This document shows, one piece after another, positions 54,901 through 62,000 of a DNA stretch of 64,000 bases. The stretch lies in contig JAFXAD010000055.1 in NCBI GenBank assembly GCA_017522065.1, positions 1,072-65,071 of the forward strand. Reading direction: 5' to 3'. The stretch's first letter is position 1. Every line of letters begins with the position of its first letter. The notes under the pieces were generated by a model. That model had not been told where the DNA came from. It saw nothing but the letters and a program-made list of their open reading frames with translations, and made no database searches. Origin of the DNA: Bacteroidales bacterium (GTDB taxonomy: Bacteria > Bacteroidota > Bacteroidia > Bacteroidales > P3). Both the position numbers and the translations under genes were made by a program.

Positions 54901-56837
54901 AATGGGTTATCTACAAGCCGGACGGCTCTCCGCTCTATTATGACTCTATTAGCGGCACAAGCGTCTTCTCCGATACTGCTGATTTCGTTATCGGTCGTTA
55001 CAACGAGCAGCTCTTCCTCGACCTCGGTATTGCAGTAGCTATCACTAACCCGAAGGCAATTGCTACCGACCTCGTCTATGGAACCGAAGATGTCTCGATG
55101 GGTGGTCTTATCGCTGATGGAACATTCATCTCGGCTACGATGAACTTCGATGACCCAAGCCACCAGTGGTTAAGTGGTATTCCTGACAATGACAACTCCA
55201 TTATTACGAACTGGATCCGAAGCGGTTCTCAGTATTCGGAAGGTAACCAACAGACCTTCTTGTCAAATACCTATCTCCATAGCCCTGTCACAGGTTCCGA
55301 ACCTTACCTCGATGACGACTACTACAAAGTCGACATCGACCCGAACTATCTTGACCGTGTCAACTATTACGGTGTCGACCGTTATCAGGCATACGAGAAA
55401 GTCCTCATGGGATTGTGGAGCCCCTATGGTTTGGCTTCATATCGCGAATACCACCCCGCCTTCTCGTTCCGCTACTATTTGGCCGATCAGAGTATCCACG
55501 ATTCTCTGAACGACGGTAGGGAATACAACGAAATCATGCATGAGACTTTGATCTACACCAAGAACAAATCTCTCAAGTATAACGACTTCACCAAGCTCCC
55601 GAGCGTTCGCATCGTTCTCACAAGCGACACCAGCAAGTGGACCCGCTGCCCGGTTCTTGAAATGTGCGACGACTACACTCAGGCCGAAGGCAACGCACGC
55701 CGTTTCCAGTTGCGTAAACACAAATCTATCGACAAGAATGGTGACACTTGCGACGCCACAACACCGTCAACCGATCCTGGCAGCGCCAACTACATCGACG
55801 CTTACGGTATGGGATGGTTCCCCGGCTATGCAATCAACCTCGTGACTGGTGAGCGTCTCAACATCATGTACGGTGAAGACTCACGTTACATCCAGTTCAA
55901 CGGACGTGATATGATGTGGAACCCGGTCAGCACATACACATACGGTACAGGCAACTACGTTATGGGTGGCCGCCACTACATCTATATTATGAATGCTGTC
56001 AAGCAGAAATTCTCAAATATCAACTACAACACTGTAGGAAGTGCTTCGAACAACAGACATTTCGACTATCGTTCACCTTCTTACGATGCCGGTCGCTGGG
56101 CTGTCAGCATGCTCAAGTCTCTCGACCACTTCTTCGAGTGCCCGTTCACCAACCCTTCCGCAAGAACTGCTTACTACGGCAACTTCAACAACGGTCTGCT
56201 CAAGGCTGACGGCTCTCCCAAGATGCTTCCTATGCGTGACTCTGCCGCATTCCTCTTCTCGACTGTGGCCTGGGTCAACATGCCACTCGCAAGCGAGGCT
56301 ATCAACAATCCTAAGGATATTCCTACCAATGTGACAATCGATATCAACGTCAACAACCGTTATGGCAAATACTTGAGCAATAACGAGACTTCTGTCGGTT
56401 CGAGCAACTACAATAACCCGATGTACCAGTTTGATCTTACCAGCGACATTGTAACCGAAACAGGTGTTGCTACTCGTGCCGATGCACGTCAAAGCTACAA
56501 GGATTCCATCATGGATGCTATCAATGTCGTTCCTAACCCCTATTACAGTTATTCTACTTATGAAACCCTCAGTCAGTTGGAAACGAAGGTACGCTTCATC
56601 AATGTTCCCGGCAACACGACAATCAACATCTACACCGTCGACGGAACCTTGGTAAGAACCATACCTAACACTCCTTCCAACACAACTACGGTCGATTGGG
56701 ACCTCCACAACCACAATGGTATTCCTATCGCCGGTGGTATGTATCTGATCCATTTCAGCACTCCGGGCATCGGAGAGAAAATTGTCAAATGGTTCGGTAC
56801 AATGCGTCCTGTTGACTTGAGTCGTTTCCAATTCTAA
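51990..56837 (+). CDS. 1615-aa secreted protein of unknown function with a CTD-like / FlgD-Ig-like C-terminal beta-sandwich plus an extra tail
   Basis: ATG chosen at MKNIFIKTVLMAFVFSSMMGTAVA; the longest ORF starts with GTG at 51972. C-terminus VVPNPYYSYS...INIYTVDGTLV...GGMYLIHFSTPGIGEKIVKWFGTMRPVDLSRFQF. Confidence 0.8.
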   Translation: MKNIFIKTVLMAFVFSSMMGTAVARECTTCKKATTTKTAMQSKAAACKRAQSTAELNVNNVRALINGYGNMWYDGSISQYHIPKDANTTPMYCAALWIGGTDVNQQLRLAALRFGQDGDDYWPGPLTVDGAADISIEVCNYYDRHYKITQTEVQTFMQMFDYSKFPAERRDNYDESLVAQVIKEWPAHGNFANQSYYLAPFFDANGDHRYNYQDGDYPYYDFDNALCPRTLKAALKPGENYSPKPTMDDSAGIVKKGTGLLSDQVLKGDQTIWWVFNDMGNTHTESGGQPIGLEIRAQAFAFSTNDEINNMTFYSYEIINRSTYELRNTYFSQWVDPDLGYAQDDYVGCDVKRGLGYCYNGDEEDGPGTGQYSGIPPAVGIDFFQGPYMDPDGIDNPRIDISKMALYYPEKLAEYRLVNGGYDTIKLNDDADLYYPLAWYFQKDDSIGNCAINGVNFGNNIVDDERFGMRRFVYYNNSATADNGEPDKATDYYNYLQGIWRNGRPMTFGGNAINTGTSTIKCDFMFPDDSDPLLWGTNGVRPDDEFLPFGWNETSIAGNSPSDRRFMQSAGPFTLMPGAVNYITVGIPFAQATSGSAWTSVGLLREIDDVCQALFENCFKVLDGPDAPTLVVQEMDKEVILYITYENPSSNNYNEKYNEEDPSIVRTYIDNGKTVAYTKDQRSYKFEGYQIYQLANASASVADIGDETKARLVFQCDVENYYDAVSAIDTVAITENGVVTGYRYDTTYNDNPTIPIGKLVNYNTNSSTGILTGKIMVDGENSGIKHVVRITTDQFAKGNNTNLVNNKEYYYVCVAYAHNRYKEYSQTDPSKLDGQKEPYLAGRKNEKGGTISPVTAKPHDPSSENGGTIVNATFGMSPNITRIDGYGNGGNALRLTEESIQELMGAPGEPAKAPGEFTMVDGVQQMQNPCIITRPRYEQNYGPINVRVIDPLNIKQGTFYIKFNGVDNTSKWVIYKPDGSPLYYDSISGTSVFSDTADFVIGRYNEQLFLDLGIAVAITNPKAIATDLVYGTEDVSMGGLIADGTFISATMNFDDPSHQWLSGIPDNDNSIITNWIRSGSQYSEGNQQTFLSNTYLHSPVTGSEPYLDDDYYKVDIDPNYLDRVNYYGVDRYQAYEKVLMGLWSPYGLASYREYHPAFSFRYYLADQSIHDSLNDGREYNEIMHETLIYTKNKSLKYNDFTKLPSVRIVLTSDTSKWTRCPVLEMCDDYTQAEGNARRFQLRKHKSIDKNGDTCDATTPSTDPGSANYIDAYGMGWFPGYAINLVTGERLNIMYGEDSRYIQFNGRDMMWNPVSTYTYGTGNYVMGGRHYIYIMNAVKQKFSNINYNTVGSASNNRHFDYRSPSYDAGRWAVSMLKSLDHFFECPFTNPSARTAYYGNFNNGLLKADGSPKMLPMRDSAAFLFSTVAWVNMPLASEAINNPKDIPTNVTIDINVNNRYGKYLSNNETSVGSSNYNNPMYQFDLTSDIVTETGVATRADARQSYKDSIMDAINVVPNPYYSYSTYETLSQLETKVRFINVPGNTTINIYTVDGTLVRTIPNTPSNTTTVDWDLHNHNGIPIAGGMYLIHFSTPGIGEKIVKWFGTMRPVDLSRFQF

Positions 56838-56866
56838 TTATCATCAATCTTTAAAATTTTGCAGAA

Positions 56867-57934
56867 ATGAAAAGAATATTAAGTATATTGACTGTAATGG
56901 TCCTCTCAGCGTCTTTGACGGCACCTTCGCTCTTTGCCGGCAATGACAATCGTCGAGGAACGGCAGGCGCCACGGAGTTGCTTATCAACCCGTGGGCCCG
57001 CAGCTCCAGTTGGGCCGGAATCAATACTTCGTGCGCTCGTGGCATTGATGCTTTCTTTAGCAATATTGCCGGCCTTTCGTTTGTCGAGAAGATGGAATTT
57101 GTCTACACCAATACAATGCTCTATGGTGGACGTTCCGGTCTCGTCAGTGGCGCAACAATCAACTCGTTCGGTTTGGCTTTCCGCTTAGGCGATGCCGGCG
57201 TGCTCGGTGCCTATGTTATGGCAATGGGATTTGGCGACCTTCAGAAAACAACTGTCGAAAGCCCTGAACCTGGCTCTAACGGTACTGTCTCTCCGACATT
57301 CATGAATCTTAATGTTGCATTCTCATACTCCTTCACCAACTCAATCCATGGTGGTGCCAACGTTAAGATTATAACCGAGTCGACTGACGATGTCAACGCA
57401 ACGGGCGTTGCAATTGATGCTGGTATCCAGTACCAGACTGGTGAAAACGACGAGCTCAAGTTCGGTATCTCTCTGAAGAATATCGGACCCGCCCTCAGTT
57501 TCGGCGGTACGGGCGAATCGTTCACGGTGGTCAACGAAGCTGGCAATTCCATGACTGTCGAGTTCCGCTCGGCTGAAATGGAGTTACCTACCTGCCTCAA
57601 TATCGGTCTCTCCTACGACCTCTTGTTCGATAAATGGAATCAGCGCCTCACCATCGCTGGAAACTTCACTTCGAATGCCTTCCTTCGCGACAACTTCGGT
57701 CTGGGATTTGAGTATTCGCTGCTTGACATGTTCCAGCTTCGTGCAGCCTACCTCTATCAGACTGGCATCTTCGACGGCGACAACCGCACAACCGCCAATA
57801 CCGGTGTCCACGCAGGTGCTTCTGTAATCCTTCCGCTCAACAAGGAAAAAGGTACATCTCTCTCACTCGACTATGCATTTAGAACAACAGCTTTGAAGGG
57901 TACCCATTCAATCGGAGCTACCTTCAAGTTCTAA
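56867..57934 (+). CDS. PorV/PorQ-family (FadL-fold-like) outer-membrane protein
   Basis: Signal peptide. GTAGATELLINPWARSSSWAGINTS...DAFFSNIAGLSF resembles the PorV/PorQ N-terminal signature. Ends SIGATFKF. Confidence 0.7.
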   Translation: MKRILSILTVMVLSASLTAPSLFAGNDNRRGTAGATELLINPWARSSSWAGINTSCARGIDAFFSNIAGLSFVEKMEFVYTNTMLYGGRSGLVSGATINSFGLAFRLGDAGVLGAYVMAMGFGDLQKTTVESPEPGSNGTVSPTFMNLNVAFSYSFTNSIHGGANVKIITESTDDVNATGVAIDAGIQYQTGENDELKFGISLKNIGPALSFGGTGESFTVVNEAGNSMTVEFRSAEMELPTCLNIGLSYDLLFDKWNQRLTIAGNFTSNAFLRDNFGLGFEYSLLDMFQLRAAYLYQTGIFDGDNRTTANTGVHAGASVILPLNKEKGTSLSLDYAFRTTALKGTHSIGATFKF

Positions 57935-57961
57935 GACTAATAATCACACATATCGAAAGTT

Positions 57962-57995
57962 AGGAAAGGTCTTTCTCAGGCCTTTCCTACTTTTT
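57962..57995 (+). terminator. intrinsic terminator after the three-gene OM module
   Basis: AGGAAAGG-loop-CCTTTCCT followed by ACTTTTT. Confidence 0.55.
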
Positions 57996-58017
57996 AACGT
58001 AAAAAACAAACTCCAAA

Positions 58018-58491
58018 ATGTCAGAAATAAAGTATTATAGCGAAGAGGGTCTGCAAAAACTGAAAGACGAACTTCATCATCTTATCGCTGTCGAGCGACC
58101 GGCAGCATCAGCAGCCATTGCCGAGGCTCGCGACAAAGGCGACCTCTCTGAAAATGCTGAATATGATGCTGCAAAAGAAGCTCAAGGTCATCTTGAAGCT
58201 CGCATTTCCAAACTTCAGGATCTGATTGCTAATGCCCGTTTGCTCGACGAATCAAAAATCGACACTTCTAAAGTGCTTCTCCTCTCCAAAATAACAATCA
58301 AAAACGTGAAGAACAATATGAAACAGGTCTATACGATTGTTCCTGAGAGCGAAGCCAACCTGAAACAGGGCCTTATATCTGTTTCCTCGCCGTTTGCACA
58401 GGCTTTTCTCGGAAAGAAGGCTGGCGACAATGTCGAAGTCGTAGTACCTGCCGGTACAATGCATTTCGAGATTCTCAGTGTTGAAAGATAA
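58018..58491 (+). CDS. greA: transcription elongation factor GreA
   Basis: GDLSENAEYDAAKEAQ coiled-coil tip motif and the C-terminal SPFAQAFLGKKAGDNVEV motif. Confidence 0.95.
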   Translation: MSEIKYYSEEGLQKLKDELHHLIAVERPAASAAIAEARDKGDLSENAEYDAAKEAQGHLEARISKLQDLIANARLLDESKIDTSKVLLLSKITIKNVKNNMKQVYTIVPESEANLKQGLISVSSPFAQAFLGKKAGDNVEVVVPAGTMHFEILSVER

Positions 58492-58552
58492 GATGTTGTA
58501 CCTGTACGGACTTTACCTTGATTCTATAACAATCCTTAATCATTAAACCGCT

Positions 58553-58945
58553 ATGGCAAGCATTTTTTCAAAAATTGTTGCAGGTGAGATTCCCTGCTAT
58601 AAAGTCGCCGAGACGGATCACTGTCTGGCATTCCTCGATGTAAACCCTGTCGTTCGCGGCCATGTACTCTGCATCCCTAAAAAAGAGGTCGACTACATTT
58701 TCGACCTCGATGACGATCTTTTTGTAGAATTGCACCGCTTCAGCCGCAAGGTGGCTAAGGGCCTCAAAAAGGTCTGTCCGTGTATAAAGATTGGTGTCGC
58801 CGTTGTCGGAATAGACGTTCCTCATACGCACATTCATCTTATGCCGTTGAATAACCCCGGTGATCTTAATTTCAGCCACCATATCAAGATGGAACCTGAC
58901 GAGATGAAAGCTCTGGCCGACGAAATTGCTGCTGCAATCGAGTAG
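58553..58945 (+). CDS. HIT (histidine triad) family protein
   Basis: FSKIVAGEIPCYKVAE...FLDVNPVVRGHVLCIPK and the HTHIHLMP triad. Confidence 0.9.
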   Translation: MASIFSKIVAGEIPCYKVAETDHCLAFLDVNPVVRGHVLCIPKKEVDYIFDLDDDLFVELHRFSRKVAKGLKKVCPCIKIGVAVVGIDVPHTHIHLMPLNNPGDLNFSHHIKMEPDEMKALADEIAAAIE

Positions 58946-58978
58946 GCATAATGCTTTTCCGAACTCGTTTCATGATTT

Positions 58979-59023
58979 AAAAAAGCCTTCGGAGCAGAGG
59001 AATGCTCCGAAGGCTTTCGTTTT
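58979..59023. terminator. bidirectional intrinsic terminator
   Basis: A-run, then GCCTTCGGAGCA-GAGGAA-TGCTCCGAAGGC, then TTTCGTTTT. Sits between the convergent HIT and cargo genes. Confidence 0.7.
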
Positions 59024-59065
59024 AGGAAATGTTTTTAAGGTTACGACGTTTTCCGGACAGGAGTC

Positions 59066-62000
59066 CTATCGTACAACGATTTTCGTTACAGTCGATGATG
59101 CGGTTGTGCCGATTTGTACAAAGTAGATGCCTTTGCTAATTGTGCCGAGGTCAAGTGTCTTTGTGCAGTCACCTTCACAGTAGAAGGTCGATTTGTACAC
59201 AATTCGACCGTTTATGTCGGCCATCATGAGCCTTACTTTGCCGTCTATGCCGCTAAGCGAAATGCTCGTTCTGTCTGTTGCCGGGTTGGGGTAGACTTTT
59301 ACGATTGGCGACTCATGTGTTGTCTCTATGCCTACAGCTGGTATCTCTATAGCCTGGCTCCAGATGCTGTATACGCCAGCGGCGCAATGCGAACGGATGA
59401 AGATGTCGTAGCTCATGTCCGAGGGGATGCTGTCGATGTGGTATTCCGTCTCCCTGATGCCGGTCACGGTTGTACCTGTTCCGGCGCTGAAGTGCTCGGG
59501 ACCATACTCTATCTCATAGCTTTCGGCATCGCCTTCCCAGTATAGGGTGACTTCGGTGTATTCGCCGTGACGTGCCGTTTCGAATGTGATGTTCGATACC
59601 GGGTCGCAGCTTGGTGTGCGGAAGCTGACGGTCGGGCTCCATTGGCCGGGTGCACCATAGCAGACGGAGCGGATTTTGGCACTATAGCTGATGTCTTGTG
59701 CCAGCCCTTCGACCGTGAAAGGATGCTCGGTAGTGGTGTAGGTCTGGTTGAATCCGGTGTTGAAGATGTTGATTTCCCACACGTTGGCATCACCGTCGTC
59801 ACTCCAGTCGAAAGTGGCGCTGCGATAGCTTGCGTCGGTCAGCTCAAATCCTTCCGGAGCAGGACAGCCAACAGTAGCTGTGCGGATATTGCGAACCTCC
59901 CAATCCGACTGGAGACCGTTGTTGCATCGGTTGCGGAATCCAATGGTGTACTGCGTGTTGGGCGTCAATCCGTCGAATGTGTACTCCTGAACATTACCCA
60001 CTACCGTACCATTGAGGCCGTCGCTCCAGGCTCCGTCAGTGATGCGAACCTCAAGATTGCTTACTCCGTTGAGCTGGACCGTGATGCTTACAGGACCTTC
60101 GTCGATGTTGACAATGGTTGGCGTTAGGCAGTCAGCCGTGGGCACAACGCTGATTTTTAGGCTGTCGATGTAGGCGTTATAGCGGAACACCGACAGGTAG
60201 TCGATGGCCACGTAGTGTGCCGTAGGCGGAAAATCGTTTTCGTATAGCTTCCACGGTGTGCCTGCAGTAACGATGGTGTCGGTCCATACAAAGTCCTGTG
60301 GAGCGTTGCCCGATGTGGAGTAGCCCACGCGCATCGTCTCGTTGCCGAACATCATGTCGCTGTAGCGGAAACGCAGACGTATGCTGTCGTTGGCGTTGAA
60401 GGCTGGCGAGATGAGGGTTTGGCGATAGTTGGACGAGCTGTGGTAAGAGCTGAAACTGAAACAGCGTGTGCCCGACCATGCTGCCGACTGGTCGTGTTGC
60501 ATTAGGTTGGTCGGATTGGGGTCGGCATATACCATAGTGAAGCAGTTGGCTGGTGCCGTCGGGCTTTCGAAGTCCTCTTCGATCGGGGTCGACGGGGTTA
60601 TGGTCACCGGAATGCAGGTGGTGGTGAAGAGCACAATTGCACTCATCTCAGACACGTCGCCACCGCTGCAGACACCCTGTACCTTGACTTCGTAGGTCGA
60701 GCTTTCCGTCAGACCTGTGATGGTGATGCTGTTGCCAGATGCAGTCAGCGCAGTCCACGAACCCACACCCTGTTCGCGATAGAAGACGTTGTAGTACGGT
60801 GCACTGCCTGTCCAGCTGACCTGTGCGCTGTTGGCGCTTATGGCCGAAACCGTCACATTGCGTGGACGCAGACAAGAGGGTAGGGGAGCGCAACCGGTGA
60901 AGAGCTCATATCCTGCAGCCACATCGTAGAAGTCGGTGACGAAAAGGAACGTCATTGGCCCCAGTTCTGAGACTATCAGTGTGTCGATAGTCATCGTGCC
61001 GCCGGTGTAGGTGCAGCTGAATAGTGGGGTGCCGCCCGTGGTGTCGCCTTCATAGATGTAGAGGGCGTCGTTGCTCCACTGCGACAGGTCGATGGTGCCG
61101 CCGCGGAATGTCACGGCGTTGCCTTGCCCCGAGGGATAGACAACCAGCTTCGAAACGCTACTGGAACTGTATATTCCGGCAGGACCTCCGTTGTCGTATA
61201 TGGCCAAGCCGCATCCCGTGACGGTCGTATCGCTGTTGGCGCGCATAATGATTGTGCCTGTGGCAAAATCTATCGAACGCCATGTGCTCTGTTCGTCTGT
61301 GCAGACGGCGCTGACATAGAAACTGTATTTCGCTCCCGACACAAGTTGCGGCAGGGTGTAGAAGGTGTCGGCAACGGTCACCGTGTTGGCGGCAAACTGG
61401 ACGGGCGTTCCTATCGTGTCCCAAGCCAATTGGAACTGTGAGGCCTGTGCGGGGTTGTTCCAGCTGACGGTCACCGCCGACGCGTCGCTGATGTTGCTGA
61501 CAGCAAATTCAGTCACCGCTGGACAGCTCGAGATGGACGAAACGGTGATGTCGTCGATGATGGCGCTGACACCGTAAAGGGTGTTGTATGGAGCAAGAAA
61601 CGAGAGGGCTATGCGGCCACCGTCGCCGTCGTAGTCGGCAAAGCTGTAGTTGAACCAGCGGTACTCGTCCATCGACTGGTTGGGCACCGTCAGGGTGTCG
61701 AGCCAGCTGATGTTCTCGCCGTCGTTGTCAGCCACGCCTATCAGTATGCCGTTGCCGAGGCTGGCATCGCCCAGACGGGCGCGGAAGTTGATTTCGAGCG
61801 TGTAGAGGTCGTCGGCAAGCGGTGGCAGTACGGCGGCGCGTGTCGAGGGCGAGTGGGTGGCATACTGCGCATTGTAGCTTATGCCACCATATATGTGGTC
61901 TACTCGCTCGGGATTGTAGGTCCAGCAGGGAGGCATAATCCGTTCGGCATACGAGTCGAAATCCTCGCAGTACGGTGTCGCTATCGGACCGCAGTTGGTC

